Positions 1 through 10,549 of a stretch of DNA of 64,000 bases are shown in pieces. Position numbers and translations under genes: made by a program. The notes beneath the pieces were generated by a model. It made no database searches. It was given only the letters and a program-made list of their open reading frames with translations, and was not told where the DNA came from. The stretch's first letter is position 1. Every line of letters starts with the position of its first letter. Source of the DNA: Alkalispirochaeta sp. (GTDB taxonomy: Bacteria > Spirochaetota > Spirochaetia > DSM-27196 > Alkalispirochaetaceae); the NCBI GenBank assembly GCA_965601925.1, contig OZ271854.1, positions 4,032,001 through 4,096,000 on the forward strand, read 5' to 3'.

Positions 1-409
1 CATCCGCGGCCGAACGCAGAACGTAAAACGAACCGCGCCCATGAGACCGCACGACGCGGGGAAAGATCGGCTCACTCCCGAGGGCGAGGACGAGGCGCCC
101 GTACTCTACCTCGTCGGCCGCACGGTCGAAGGTGAGACGACGTACGTCGCGCTCGATTGCGGTAAGCGACACGCCGTCGAGCCGTTCGATGCGTTGATCG
201 CCGTACCACGCCTCGTCTCGGAGTGCGAACTGATCGTGTGCGAATCCCGTCGCAATATTCTTGGATATTTTGGTGCGCTTGTAAGGAAGGCGGTCCTCTC
301 CGTTTACCAAGAGGACCGACGCTGTTGCATCGGTGTCGCGCGCGGCGGCGGCGGCGGAAAACCCGGCACTTCCGGCGCCCACAACCACCACGTCGTACGT
401 ACGGCTCAT
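1..409 (-). CDS. FAD-dependent pyridine nucleotide oxidoreductase (rubredoxin reductase/NADH oxidase-like), runs off the window edge
   Basis: Not in ORF track. Manual translation from ATG at 409 gives MSRTYDVVVVGAGSAGFSAA...NGEDRLPYKRTKISK...YGRLVLALGSEP: GxGxxG dinucleotide fold, PYxR motif and an ATG-like motif (ALG). Confidence 0.8.
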   Translation of the reverse strand, partial: MSRTYDVVVVGAGSAGFSAAAAARDTDATASVLLVNGEDRLPYKRTKISKNIATGFAHDQFALRDEAWYGDQRIERLDGVSLTAIERDVRRLTFDRAADEVEYGRLVLALGSEPIFPRVVRSHGRGSFYVLRSAAD

Positions 410-468
410 CTGTGCTCCCCCAAATCCGTCTTGCTGAATGTAGCACGCCCCTCTATACTCGTGCAACG

Positions 469-1431
469 ATGCCGGATTTGAACGTGACTTTTGCCGGGCT
501 ACCGCTTGCCGGTCCCATCGTCGTCGAGGCGCGCGGACGCGATTTTACGATTGCGGCGGCGCGGGGAGCAACCGAGGCCGGCGCGGGCGCTTTGATCATG
601 CCCAGCCTCGACAACGCGCGCATGACGCGCCGCGCCGACGCGGCCGAGTTGACCGATAACAATGTAGACGATACCGCCACTCGACAATCGGAACGCGTGA
701 TTCGACGGCTTAACATTGACGCGTATCTCGACCACATAGAGCTCATCGCGAGCAAAGTGGAGGTTCCCATCATCGCTCCGCTGGAGAGCGCGCACCGATC
801 GCAATGGGTCCCCTTGGCGCAGGATCTACTGGCCGCAGGCGCCGCTGCGGTCGAACTTCGCCTCTCGATCGAAGAGATGTCCCGGAACTCCAGGAGCGAT
901 CAGATAGAAAAGACGATTATCCGCACGACGTCGGCGGTTGCCGAACGGGTCGACGCACCGGTAATCGTGCGTATCCCCGCGACGACATTCGGGCTGGTGA
1001 GCCTCGTGCAGAACCTCGGTGACTGCGGCGCCGCCGGTGTGTTACTACGCCCCTCGTCGTTTATGAGCGGAATCGACGCCGAACGCGTCAAGATTACCGA
1101 CGCGGAGGACGACGAGGACGCCTCCGTCGGATCGTTTCTCGCAGTCACCGCCGGGTGTCGCATGCTCTATCGCCGCGTGAGCCCCCATATCGCCCTGCAG
1201 TTGCCGCCCCACGGACGGGAGACGCTGGTACAAGCGCTCTTGGCCGGCGCCTCGTTGGGTACCTTTCCGATTACCGGGAAGAAGAATGAACGCACCAGCC
1301 AGATGATATCCCAAATGCAGATGTATCTTGAAAGCTGGATGGGGCGACACAGCGTGAGCGATCTGTTTGAGATGCGCGGACTATTGAGCGAGAGCCGCCT
1401 CTCGAACTCACTGGAAAATCGCAGCGCCTAA
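469..1431 (+). CDS. Dihydroorotate dehydrogenase-like TIM-barrel protein, divergent
   Basis: MPDLNVTFAGLPLAGPIVV, GAGALIMPSL, YLDHI..KVEVPIIAPL, C-terminal WMGRHSVSDLFEMRG follow the DHOD-like layout, but the FMN-binding residues are degenerate. Confidence 0.6.
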   Translation: MPDLNVTFAGLPLAGPIVVEARGRDFTIAAARGATEAGAGALIMPSLDNARMTRRADAAELTDNNVDDTATRQSERVIRRLNIDAYLDHIELIASKVEVPIIAPLESAHRSQWVPLAQDLLAAGAAAVELRLSIEEMSRNSRSDQIEKTIIRTTSAVAERVDAPVIVRIPATTFGLVSLVQNLGDCGAAGVLLRPSSFMSGIDAERVKITDAEDDEDASVGSFLAVTAGCRMLYRRVSPHIALQLPPHGRETLVQALLAGASLGTFPITGKKNERTSQMISQMQMYLESWMGRHSVSDLFEMRGLLSESRLSNSLENRSA

Positions 1432-1438
1432 ACGCCGA

Positions 1439-2722
1439 CTATCCGAAAAGCCTGAACCACCACCACCGTAGACGGTCGACAACACGGCGTACCGCTCCGG
1501 CCGCCGGCACGGCCTCGCCTACGACGATCGGTACCTCGTGAATCGTGCACTCCCCGGCGAGGTAGCGTACCGTTCCGACGTGCGTCCCCGCCTCGAGCGG
1601 TGCCCACACGTGACGAATCTGTTCGATCTCGCCGCGTACCTCGCCCGCAACGCCGCGCGGAAGCACCAGAGCGGGCGGCGCGATTGGGTCGAGCCTCGCC
1701 GTGGCTACGTCTCCTCCCCATACGCGCACCGCGTCGAAGGGCGGAACCGCCACATTCACCGATTCGTAGGCGGCGAAGCCCCAGTCCAGAAGGGCGCTCG
1801 CCTCGTACTCGCGTAATCGTCCGCCCTCGGCGTGGCTGGTCGCCTCGACGCCGAGCACCACCACCACGAGCCGCCGTCCGTCGCGGACCGCCGTAGCGGC
1901 CAAGTTGTAACCGCTCTCCTCGATGAAACCGGTCTTAAGCCCATCGGCGCCGGGGTACGTACGGAGGAGACCGTTGCGATTCGCCTGTCGAATCGAGCCG
2001 CTTCCACCGCCCGCGGGATAGTGGCGCGCCTCCGGAAACGTGAAATCGCGGAGGCCGAACAGCGTCCGGGTCGTCTCCGGCCAACGACGCAGAAGGTCGG
2101 CGGAGAATCGTGCGAAATCGGCGGCCGAGATACGGTTTGCCGGGCTCAACCCCGAGGGCTCCTCAAAGTAAAACCGATCGTACCCCGCCTCGACCATCGC
2201 TTGATTCATACGCGCCGAGAACAGGCCGATCGACCCCGCGACGCGGAGTGCAACCTCAACGGCGGCATCGTTGCCGCTGGATACCGCAAGGCCGATGAGA
2301 AGCTCGTCTCCGGTGACGAACTGGTCGGGACCGAGAAACATGAGTGAGCTCCCCGGTTCCATCGCCGAGGCGTACGCCGCCGGGTGGATCTCCTCGGGGC
2401 GCGAGCGCGAAAAGGTCCCCTCTTCCGCGGCGCTGAGGGCCGTATATATCGTGACCAACTTGGTAAGCGACGCCGGTGGTCGCAGCGCATGGTGGTCGTA
2501 ACCGAACAGGAGTGTATCGCTTTCGAAGTCCAATACGGCGGCCTGTCGCGCGTAGCGCACCGCCGGCGGCCTCGGTACGGCCAGAGTATCGGCACATACG
2601 GCGTGAACAAACGGCGACGAATCCGACGATGCGATGCGCGCCTGTGCCGGAACGGGAGCGACGGTCGGACCGATAAACAGGAGCGCGAGCCAAAAAGCGC
2701 GCGTACGGCGTCGAGTATCCAT
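1439..2722 (-). CDS. D-alanyl-D-alanine carboxypeptidase (peptidase S11)
   Basis: Signal peptide; PASLTK (SxxK), SGN (SxN) and KTG motifs; C-terminal PBP5-like domain and amphipathic tail. Confidence 0.9.
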   Translation of the reverse strand: MDTRRRTRAFWLALLFIGPTVAPVPAQARIASSDSSPFVHAVCADTLAVPRPPAVRYARQAAVLDFESDTLLFGYDHHALRPPASLTKLVTIYTALSAAEEGTFSRSRPEEIHPAAYASAMEPGSSLMFLGPDQFVTGDELLIGLAVSSGNDAAVEVALRVAGSIGLFSARMNQAMVEAGYDRFYFEEPSGLSPANRISAADFARFSADLLRRWPETTRTLFGLRDFTFPEARHYPAGGGSGSIRQANRNGLLRTYPGADGLKTGFIEESGYNLAATAVRDGRRLVVVVLGVEATSHAEGGRLREYEASALLDWGFAAYESVNVAVPPFDAVRVWGGDVATARLDPIAPPALVLPRGVAGEVRGEIEQIRHVWAPLEAGTHVGTVRYLAGECTIHEVPIVVGEAVPAAGAVRRVVDRLRWWWFRLFG

Positions 2723-2876
2723 TATCGGGTGGTGGTATCACACGACGCGGCCGCGGGGCAACCACGGGGCGCGTGCACTTGATCGCGGACGAGGAAGACG
2801 GATATAAACGACTCAATGCTGCGATGCGCCGGATCAGATATCGCGCGGTGCAGCGCTACCGAGTGGTATAACTATC

Positions 2877-3644
2877 GTGCAGCCTTCAATCGTGATGCTC
2901 GGCGTGCGTGTCGACGAGCCGGTTACAACTCTTACCGATTTGATCATTTCGGGTATTTGCCTGTACGCGTTCATCGTACTGCGCCGGACGTCCACGCGGA
3001 GTACGCTCCACAACTATCTCACGTATTACTTCTTATCGATGGCCGCGGCGACGTTCATAGGTGGCGTTATCGGCCATGGATTCCTCTATCGATTCGACGC
3101 CGAATGGCGGCTTCCCGATCGACTTACGGAAATCATATCGCACATTGTCGGTATGCATCGTATACACGGAGCGAACAATCCGTGGAAGCTCCCCGGCTGG
3201 TTGGCCGGCATGGTCGCCGTGACCTGTATGGAGCGCGCATCGATCGAGTACGCTCGTCCGCTTATCGGCTCGACCGCGGCGCGATTCTTCTTCGCGCTCA
3301 CGCTGATCGAGTTAGGTGGTTTCGCGCTCCTGACGGTTGCGACACTCAACTTTCTTTTCGTGGGAATACACGCCCTCCTCGGCGTCATCGTCACGACGTT
3401 TTTATTCAACTGGTTCGTGTATTACAAGTCGAGGGACGCCGCGAGCCGCCACTTCCTGATAGGCGTCGGGTTCTCCGCCGCCGCCGCGACATCGTTCGTA
3501 AACGGCCGGGATATCGCCGTGTGGCTTACCCGTGTCGACATTAGTCACATCTTTATGGCGCTCAGCGCGTGGTTCTTCCTCCGTGGCGCAGAGACGCTCG
3601 CCGGGAAGCGCATACCCGAATCGGTACGAGCCACCTCGTCGTGA
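2877..3644 (+). CDS. Multi-pass membrane protein (DUF6962-like)
   Basis: About 7 hydrophobic helices; EPVTTLTD start, GGVIGHGF, and a C-terminal DISH motif. Confidence 0.55.
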   Translation: MQPSIVMLGVRVDEPVTTLTDLIISGICLYAFIVLRRTSTRSTLHNYLTYYFLSMAAATFIGGVIGHGFLYRFDAEWRLPDRLTEIISHIVGMHRIHGANNPWKLPGWLAGMVAVTCMERASIEYARPLIGSTAARFFFALTLIELGGFALLTVATLNFLFVGIHALLGVIVTTFLFNWFVYYKSRDAASRHFLIGVGFSAAAATSFVNGRDIAVWLTRVDISHIFMALSAWFFLRGAETLAGKRIPESVRATSS

Positions 3645-3728
3645 CGCGTTCCGCTCGAATGTCCTGCACCCGGCGTGGATTGTCGCAAGTACAACCACAC
3701 GACCCGGTGCAATGGAAGAGCTTTTTAT

Positions 3729-3776
3729 TTGCTGCGTCTCGGAATCGGGTGTATACTCGTTGTGCAATCGTTTACA
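3729..3776 (+). promoter_or_regulatory. sigma70 promoter and LacI-type operator upstream of fucI
   Basis: TTGCTG(3729)-17 bp-TATACT(3752) with TG extension, followed by the imperfect palindrome TGCAATCGTTTACA (3763-3776). Confidence 0.55.
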
Positions 3777-3788
3777 AAGGAAGAGTAC

Positions 3789-5606
3789 ATGGCAAACGTG
3801 TCGAGTATGAAGAAGAACACCGGTGTTGAACGCCTGCGAGGTAACATGCCGCGAATCGGCATACGTCCCACCATCGACGGACGGCTCGGCGGTGTTCGAG
3901 AGAGCCTGGAAAAGCAGACGATGGATATGGCGCTCGCCGCCAAAAAGCTCTTTGAGGACAACGTACGCTACCCCAACGGCGAGACGGTCGAAGTCGTCGT
4001 GTCCGATACGACGATCGGGCGCGTAGCGGAAGCCGCGGCATGCGCCGCCAAGTTCGAGCGCGAAAATGTAGGTGTGTCCCTCACGGTTACACCGTGTTGG
4101 TGCTACGGATCGGAGACGATCGATATGACCCCCCTCCTCCCTAAGGCAATTTGGGGCTTCAACGGGACCGAGCGTCCCGGGGCGGTCTACCTCGCCGCCG
4201 CCCTTGCGGGACACAACCAGAAGGGTATCCCCGCGTTCGGCATCTACGGAAAGGACGTGCAGGACTCCGACGACGGCTCGATACCCGCGGACGTGGCGGC
4301 GAAGCTGCTTCTTTTTGCGAGAACGGGAATCGCGGTCGCCTACATGCGGGGCAAGAGCTACCTCAGTCTCGGCGCGACGAGTATGGGAATCGCCGGCTGT
4401 TATGTGACGGAGAGTTTCTACAAGGACTACCTCGGAATGCGCAACGAATACGTCGACATGAGCGAGTTTATCCGACGCATGGAGGGCGGAATCTACGATC
4501 AGCGAGAGTTCGAACGTGCCGCAGTCTGGGTAAAGGAGAACTGTAAGGAGGGCCGAGACCCCAATCCTACGGAGGTGCAACGCAGTCGAGGAGAGAAAGA
4601 TGCGGACTGGGCAACGAGCATCAAGATGAGCTTAATCGCCCGGGACCTCATGGTCGGCAATCCCGCCTTGGCGGAGGCCGGGCATGGCGAGGAGGCGCTG
4701 GGCCACAACGCGCTGGCCGCCGGTTTTCAGGGGCAGCGCCAATGGACCGACTTCATGCCGAACGGTGACTTCATGGAAGCGATCCTTACGTCGAGTTTCG
4801 ATTGGAACGGTATTCGCCAGCCGTACATGATGGCGACTGAAAACGATAATCTGAACGCGATGAGCATGACCCTCGGTCATCTTTTGAACGGCGGCGCGCA
4901 GATATTCGCCGATGTGCGTACCTACTGGAGCTTCGAGGCGGTCAAGCGCGTCACCGGCAAAGAGCTGTCCGGCAGAGCGGCCGGCGGGATCATTCACCTG
5001 ATCAACTCCGGTCCGGCGACCCTCGACGGCACCGGGCAACAGGAGATCGACGGTAGACCGGCAATGAAACGCTGGTGGGAGATAACTCCCGATGAGGCGG
5101 GCAAGTGTCTGGACGCGACGCAATGGTGCGCCTCGGATCTGGGCTACTTCCGCGGGGGCGGCTGGAGTACCGACTACACGACGCGCGGAGAGATGCCGGT
5201 AACGATGTGTAGGATCAACATCGTGGCCGGCCAGGGACCGGTTCTGCAGATCGCCGAGGGGTGGGCCGTGGATATTCCCGATGAAATTCACGACCGGTTG
5301 GACGAGCGTACCAACCCGACGTGGCCCACGACGTGGTTCGTTCCCCGCTTGGCGGATAACGCACGGTTTCGCGATGTATACACCGTGATGGCCAACTGGG
5401 GGGCCAACCACGGCGCAATCGGGTACGGCCACTACGGCGACGGCCTGATTACGCTGGCGAGCATGTTGCGCATCCCCGTTTATATGCACAACGTCGCGGA
5501 GGAACGTGTTTTTCGCCCCAGCGCGTGGACACTCTTCGGTATGGACCTCGAGGGGAGCGACTTCCGCGCGTGTGCCGCCCTCGGTCCGTTGTACCGCGGC
5601 TCTTGA
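3789..5606 (+). CDS. fucI: L-fucose isomerase
   Basis: [78 protein letters not shown] before ATG 3789. Confidence 0.97.
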   Translation: MANVSSMKKNTGVERLRGNMPRIGIRPTIDGRLGGVRESLEKQTMDMALAAKKLFEDNVRYPNGETVEVVVSDTTIGRVAEAAACAAKFERENVGVSLTVTPCWCYGSETIDMTPLLPKAIWGFNGTERPGAVYLAAALAGHNQKGIPAFGIYGKDVQDSDDGSIPADVAAKLLLFARTGIAVAYMRGKSYLSLGATSMGIAGCYVTESFYKDYLGMRNEYVDMSEFIRRMEGGIYDQREFERAAVWVKENCKEGRDPNPTEVQRSRGEKDADWATSIKMSLIARDLMVGNPALAEAGHGEEALGHNALAAGFQGQRQWTDFMPNGDFMEAILTSSFDWNGIRQPYMMATENDNLNAMSMTLGHLLNGGAQIFADVRTYWSFEAVKRVTGKELSGRAAGGIIHLINSGPATLDGTGQQEIDGRPAMKRWWEITPDEAGKCLDATQWCASDLGYFRGGGWSTDYTTRGEMPVTMCRINIVAGQGPVLQIAEGWAVDIPDEIHDRLDERTNPTWPTTWFVPRLADNARFRDVYTVMANWGANHGAIGYGHYGDGLITLASMLRIPVYMHNVAEERVFRPSAWTLFGMDLEGSDFRACAALGPLYRGS

Positions 5607-5672
5607 GGATTGTCGCGTCGACTTGAGCCGCGCGATCGCGCCGGACACCCGGTTAAGGACCTGGAGGAATAG

Positions 5673-6107
5673 ATGCTTACAGGAATCTCTCCGCTCATTA
5701 GCCCCGAGTTGCTGAAGACCATCGCCGAGATGGGCCACGGCGATGAGTTGGTTATCGGGGATGGGAATTTTCCGGCCGCATCGGTGGCGCGGAGGCTCAT
5801 TCGTGCCGACGGGCACGGCGTCTCGGCGCTTCTGACAGCGCTTCTGCCGCTCTTTCCCCTCGATCGCTTCGTGGACAAACCGCTGGCGCTCATGCAAGTC
5901 GTGCCTGGCGACACGACCAAACCGGCGATCTGGGAGGAGTATCGCGCGATCGCGTCGCGCTACCAGCCCGAGCGCATCGCCGCCGGGTTTGAGATGGTAG
6001 AGCGGTTTGCATTCTACGAGCGCGCCCGCACCGCCTACGCCGTACTCGCAACCGGAGAGACGGCGCTCTACGCGAATATCATCTTGAAAAAAGGTGTCGT
6101 AGGATAA
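5673..6107 (+). CDS. fucU: L-fucose mutarotase (RbsD/FucU family)
   Basis: MGHGDELVIGDGNFP, ERFAFYERA, ATGETALYANIILKKG; directly downstream of fucI. Confidence 0.93.
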   Translation: MLTGISPLISPELLKTIAEMGHGDELVIGDGNFPAASVARRLIRADGHGVSALLTALLPLFPLDRFVDKPLALMQVVPGDTTKPAIWEEYRAIASRYQPERIAAGFEMVERFAFYERARTAYAVLATGETALYANIILKKGVVG

Positions 6108-6189
6108 GGCCCTGCCCCGACGGCGCTGTCATAGCAACGAGTACGCTGCAGGTCGATCCGTCGGATGTCCGGTGCCGAGCCGCGTCCCG

Positions 6190-6218
6190 TTGACACCTCC
6201 CGGGGGGCGTGATACATT
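6190..6218 (+). promoter_or_regulatory. sigma70 promoter of tRNA-Val
   Basis: TTGACA-17 bp-TACATT with extended TG and a GC-rich discriminator. Confidence 0.7.
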
Positions 6219-6230
6219 GCCGCGGTATTC

Positions 6231-6303
6231 GGGCGAATAGCTCAGCTGGGAGAGCGCCTGCCTTACAAGCAGGATGTCGGGGGTTCAAATCCCTCTTCGC
6301 CCA
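6231..6303 (+). tRNA. tRNA-Val (anticodon TAC), CCA not encoded
   Basis: Acceptor stem GGGCGAA/TTCGCCC, anticodon arm CCTGC-CTTACAA-GCAGG, T loop TTCAAAT. Confidence 0.97.
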
Positions 6304-6307
6304 TTGC

Positions 6308-6346
6308 AAAAGCCTGCGTTGTAACGATTTACAGCGCAGGCTTTTT
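6308..6346 (+). terminator. Intrinsic terminator after tRNA-Val, probably bidirectional
   Basis: AAAAGCCTGCGTTGTAA-cgat-TTACAGCGCAGGCTTTTT inverted repeat with A and T tails. Confidence 0.75.
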
Positions 6347-6450
6347 ATATGCATTTTTCGTCGTCGCGCTTCACGGACGCGATCCACCCCATACGGTATC
6401 GGTACACGAGGGAAATGACGGCAGCGCAACCCTCGGTGACGCACGCTCGT

Positions 6451-7539
6451 TTAGTGCGGAGCAAGACGCGGCGGACGCCTAAATCCGCTCGTGCGTACAC
6501 CTCCGATGTCGATCGTTCCACGGACATACCGCGGGATTTTCGACCAAATTGCGATCGGCGCGCCGACTGCTACGACATTCTCCATTGTAATGTCTACGGG
6601 GAACGACCACGGTTCGAACTGATGCAACGCAAACAGCAGCGCCGGGCCGCGATTATCTCGGATGCACACGTCGCGCACGACGACGTCGCGCACGTACTCG
6701 GTCGGTTGGTTCGGTTCAAAATCGATACCTGCCGCGGGAGGATGCCCCCGCGTTCCGGAGACTATGGCGTTCTCGATCAACAGTCCGACGACGGAGACCA
6801 CCGTGATCCCCTGACGATGGTGGTCTCGAAGTGTGAGGTCGCGGAGGACGACCGTTCGCGCGGGTCGTCGATGGGGACGGGAAACGCCGATGTACACGCC
6901 GTCGCCGCCGCTGCCCGATATAGTGAGTCCCTCCACCGTGACACGCTCCGATCCGGCGATCGCAATTGCGTGACGCCACTGTGAGCGCCGGTAGGCTCCC
7001 CCCTGATAGTCCTCACGACGCATGCGCAACTCCGCGCCGTAGCCGACGATGCGTACGTCGTCACGGTCATGAATCGTGAGGAGCCAATCGGTGCGTCCGG
7101 TAAAGCCGCCCTCTATCGCCTCGACAATCGCCCCCGGTTCGAACACGATGAGAAGCGGATGATCGCCGGTGATCGAAAGCGGGTGCGTTTGCCACGACGT
7201 CTCCATCGCCGGAATGAGCACGACCGAGGCGCCGGAGTTGATTGCCGCGTTCAGTGCGGTTGTGTCGTCGACTCCCGTAAATCCGTACCACGCCGCGCTC
7301 ACAATCGGGAGATCTCTACCGCCATCGTAGATAACCAACGACCGCGCGATTTCCGGACGCATCCGGTACGGATCGAACGGATCAGTCTCGGCACGGTACC
7401 GTTCCCAGACCGCACCGGTACCGTCAATTTCATGGCACTCGACGCTCCGATCTCCCCCATTTGCCGTTGCGCAACCTGCGAGTAGGATCGCCGCCGCACA
7501 TAGCAGAAACGGTCTCGATCGGTGAAGTATAGATTTCAT
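6451..7539 (-). CDS. Lipoprotein with right-handed parallel beta-helix (pectin-lyase-like) repeats
   Basis: Lipobox LLAGC; DDTTALNAAI, GGDGVYIG, RQGITVVS and AGIDFEPN beta-helix motifs. Confidence 0.8.
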   Translation of the reverse strand: MKSILHRSRPFLLCAAAILLAGCATANGGDRSVECHEIDGTGAVWERYRAETDPFDPYRMRPEIARSLVIYDGGRDLPIVSAAWYGFTGVDDTTALNAAINSGASVVLIPAMETSWQTHPLSITGDHPLLIVFEPGAIVEAIEGGFTGRTDWLLTIHDRDDVRIVGYGAELRMRREDYQGGAYRRSQWRHAIAIAGSERVTVEGLTISGSGGDGVYIGVSRPHRRPARTVVLRDLTLRDHHRQGITVVSVVGLLIENAIVSGTRGHPPAAGIDFEPNQPTEYVRDVVVRDVCIRDNRGPALLFALHQFEPWSFPVDITMENVVAVGAPIAIWSKIPRYVRGTIDIGGVRTSGFRRPPRLAPH

Positions 7540-7735
7540 ACCGCCAGCATATCGTAGCACGTCGTGTCGGCCGAGGCTAAGACTAATCCATGTGGCCGGA
7601 ATTTGATGGTTCTGTGACGTCACCGCTCGTCAACGGACTCTCTCCCGTGGCGCTCTCGAAACGGTCGTCGATACGTTCGCGACCATCTACACCCTTTCGG
7701 GAGCGACGGAGGTATGTTCAATGCGGAGGTAGCAT

Positions 7736-8122
7736 ATGCATAACGTCCGACCACGAGAGACGGTGATACTCGCCAAAGACCGTGAGCGGTTGATTCGATG
7801 GTATCGGGATCTTTTGGGATTTCGCATTACGGCGAAGTACGAGGACGAGTACCACTACTACAACATGGAGACGCAAAGCGGAATCAAGATCGGAATCGGC
7901 GACTTGGACGAGATGTCGATCTCTCCCGCGGAACCGCGGGTGAACGCCGTACTCCTGCAGATTGAAGTCGACGACGTCCGACCATTTATGACGGATATCG
8001 ACCGGTCGGACGGTGCGATTGTGTTCGGTCCGAGCTACAATGCAGAGGAAGGATTCTGGTTCGGGGCGATTACCGACCCCGAAGGAAACCAAATCTGGGT
8101 CGTGGATCCGCAGTGCCGTTAG
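7736..8122 (+). CDS. VOC/glyoxalase family protein
   Basis: WYRDLLGF, IEVDDV, ITDPEGNQIWV; RBS GGAGG. Confidence 0.85.
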   Translation: MHNVRPRETVILAKDRERLIRWYRDLLGFRITAKYEDEYHYYNMETQSGIKIGIGDLDEMSISPAEPRVNAVLLQIEVDDVRPFMTDIDRSDGAIVFGPSYNAEEGFWFGAITDPEGNQIWVVDPQCR

Positions 8123-8400
8123 GGTCTATGCCGAGACCGAAGCGTGCGGCGGTAAGAGCACGCGGTACCGCAGCGTTTGCGTGATTCCGGAGCGGCTTTT
8201 CCGAAAGTGTAAACAACGGGCGACTACCGTGGTCCCATCGTCCGCGCAATTGCGGCGCGAGGAGACGATCGCGCGGTATCGATCCGAACGGACGGCAATC
8301 CCGCCCCTTCTTCTGTAAACCGTCTGCGGGCGTCGCTTTTTTTTCTTAGAATAAGAAGTATACCCCCGTTTTCCTGACGGTCTTCCGAAGGAGGAACGCA

Positions 8401-10338
8401 ATGCGCTGGCGTGATTTATCGGTCGCGATCAAACTTTCCGTAGGTTTCGGTCTGGTTCTGGTTCTCCTTATCGGCTCTGCGATATGGGCGGTGTTCGGCG
8501 TCACCGACATCGTGGGTAACGCAGAGGAGGTCATTCGCGGAAACAGACTTCGCGGCGATCTCATCTCGCGGGAGGTCGACCATCTCAATTGGGCCAACGG
8601 ACTCAATACATTTATCACGAACGAAGATATACACGAGCTTTCCGTTGAAACAGACCCAACTCAGTGTATGTTCGGTCGTTGGTACTACAGTCAGGAGCGC
8701 CGCAATCTCGAGGAGGCGATTCCGGAGTTGACGCCGATTTTGGCGGCGATTGAGGAGCCCCACAATGCACTCCACGCGAGTGCGGTCAACGTCCGGGAGC
8801 ACTATCGGCACTTCGACGTCGAACTCGGAAGCTTTTTGAGAGACGCACGCGGCGAGCATCTTCTTTTGCGCTCAACGGTCGCGGAGGCGCTCGTCGACTC
8901 GCAAGTCTCTATCGCGGAGCTTCCCGTTGACCACCGGAGTAGCGCGCTGGGGCGGTGGCTCTACTCCGCGGAAGCCGAGGCGCTTCGCATCTCGGACTCG
9001 CAGTTCGGCGCGATTTACGACGGCATTATGGAGCCTCACGAGGCACTTCACACGGCGCTGCGGGAGCTCGTCGAGCTTCGACAGACCGATATTGCGGCGG
9101 CGCAGGCGGTCTATCGTTCTTCGATCGTGCCGACTCTTGAAGCGACCCTCACCGGACTCGAACGATTTATCGAGTGGCACGATGCGAACGAGGAAGAGAT
9201 GCGAATCGCACGCGAGATCTTCTTCCGTGAGACCGTGCCGGCGCTTGAGACGATGCAGCGCTACCTCGGAGAACTGCGCGAGGTGAGCGCCCGAAATATG
9301 TTGACCGATGAAGCGATGCAAAGCGCTGCAATCGGCACGCGGCGCAGCGTCGTGTGGTTGGGTCTGGTCGCCATTGTCGTCGGTGTCGTTGCGACGATCG
9401 TTATCACGCGAGCCATCACCATTCCGATTAAGCTCGGCCTTACGGAGGTGAGTCGAGTCGCCCGCGGAGATCTGTCGGCGGAGATATCGGTCTCGGGCAG
9501 AGACGAGACGGGACGACTCGCGTCACAGATGAACTCAATGATACGACAGCTGCGCGAGGTCGTGACATCGATTCGATACGCGGCCGACGGTGTGCTCAGC
9601 GGCAGCAAACAAGTCTCGGATATGAGTACGCAAATGTCCGAAGGTACCACCGAGCAGGCGGCGAGCACGGAGGAGGTGTCGGCTTCGATGGAGGAGATGG
9701 CCTCGACGATTCGCTCGAACGCCGATAACGCCGGCGAGACGCGACGTATTGCAGCGTCGGCGGCCGCCGACGCCGATGAGAGCGCTGCGTCGGTGGAAGA
9801 TGCGGTAAAGGCGATGCAGTCGATCGCCGAGAAAATCACCGTTATCGAGGAGATCGCGCGCAACACGAATCTACTGGCGCTCAACGCCGCGATTGAGGCG
9901 GCACGTGCCGGAGAACACGGCGCCGGGTTTGCGATCGTCGCCGTTGAGATACGTAGACTGGCCGAGCGCAGCCAAGACGCGGCGGCGGAGATCGTCGAGT
10001 TGGCTCATACCAGCACCGCCCTTTCGGAGGATGCACGCAATCGTATCCGTACATTGACGCCGTCTATCAAAAGAACCGCGGAACTCGTGAGCGAGATTGC
10101 GGAGGCCTGTAAGGAACAAGATACGGGCGCGCGACAAGTCAACGATTCGCTGATTCAACTCGACAGCGTCGTCCAGCGCAACGCAGCGGCGGCGGAGGAA
10201 GCGTCGGCAATGGCCGAGGAACTCTCTTCGCAGGCGGTCGCGATGAACGAGAGTCTACAGTTCTTTCAGACCGATTCGTCGTCGGTTTCTTCGGTAGGCG
10301 AGCAACGCCTGCTCACCGGCCCCGATACCGAAGAGTAG
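8401..10338 (+). CDS. Methyl-accepting chemotaxis protein with two CZB domains between its TM helices
   Basis: TM1, CZB (DHLNW..CMFGRW..HNALH), second CZB-like copy, TM2, HAMP (GDLS..DETGRLA), signalling hairpin [19 protein letters not shown]. Confidence 0.93.
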   Translation: MRWRDLSVAIKLSVGFGLVLVLLIGSAIWAVFGVTDIVGNAEEVIRGNRLRGDLISREVDHLNWANGLNTFITNEDIHELSVETDPTQCMFGRWYYSQERRNLEEAIPELTPILAAIEEPHNALHASAVNVREHYRHFDVELGSFLRDARGEHLLLRSTVAEALVDSQVSIAELPVDHRSSALGRWLYSAEAEALRISDSQFGAIYDGIMEPHEALHTALRELVELRQTDIAAAQAVYRSSIVPTLEATLTGLERFIEWHDANEEEMRIAREIFFRETVPALETMQRYLGELREVSARNMLTDEAMQSAAIGTRRSVVWLGLVAIVVGVVATIVITRAITIPIKLGLTEVSRVARGDLSAEISVSGRDETGRLASQMNSMIRQLREVVTSIRYAADGVLSGSKQVSDMSTQMSEGTTEQAASTEEVSASMEEMASTIRSNADNAGETRRIAASAAADADESAASVEDAVKAMQSIAEKITVIEEIARNTNLLALNAAIEAARAGEHGAGFAIVAVEIRRLAERSQDAAAEIVELAHTSTALSEDARNRIRTLTPSIKRTAELVSEIAEACKEQDTGARQVNDSLIQLDSVVQRNAAAAEEASAMAEELSSQAVAMNESLQFFQTDSSSVSSVGEQRLLTGPDTEE

Positions 10339-10416
10339 GAGCAAACGACCGACCGACATCGACTTCCGCCGGTGTGTCGCGGCGTGTGAATCGTCTCTTT
10401 GAGTCGTGACGACACG

Positions 10417-10446
10417 TTGACCGGCATCTTGCGAGGAAGCTATGAT
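10417..10446 (+). promoter_or_regulatory. sigma70 promoter of tRNA-Leu
   Basis: TTGACC-18 bp-TATGAT. Confidence 0.55.
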
Positions 10447-10465
10447 GGCCGTCACAACAACGACA

Positions 10466-10549
10466 GCCGGAGTGGTGGAATTGGTAGACACAGGGGACTT
10501 AAAATCCCCTGGCCGCAAGGCCGTACGGGTTCAAGTCCCGTCTCCGGTA
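10466..10549 (+). tRNA. tRNA-Leu (anticodon TAA), CCA not encoded
   Basis: Acceptor stem GCCGGAG/CTCCGGT, anticodon arm GGGGA-CTTAAAA-TCCCC, long variable arm GGCCGCAAGGCC, T loop TTCAAGT. Confidence 0.97.

Noticed and set aside
3402..5897. Long antisense ORFs (here, and opposite acs, the transketolase, ligase, leuA and bgl genes)
   Set aside because: Shadow frames expected from high-GC codon usage opposite well-supported genes.
8123..8400. c-di-GMP riboswitch or sigma28 promoter upstream of the MCP
   Set aside because: Neither consensus could be matched by eye; an Rfam scan would settle the riboswitch question.
6304..10465. Integrative element between the two tRNAs
   Set aside because: No integrase and no duplicated tRNA-Val 3' end were seen.
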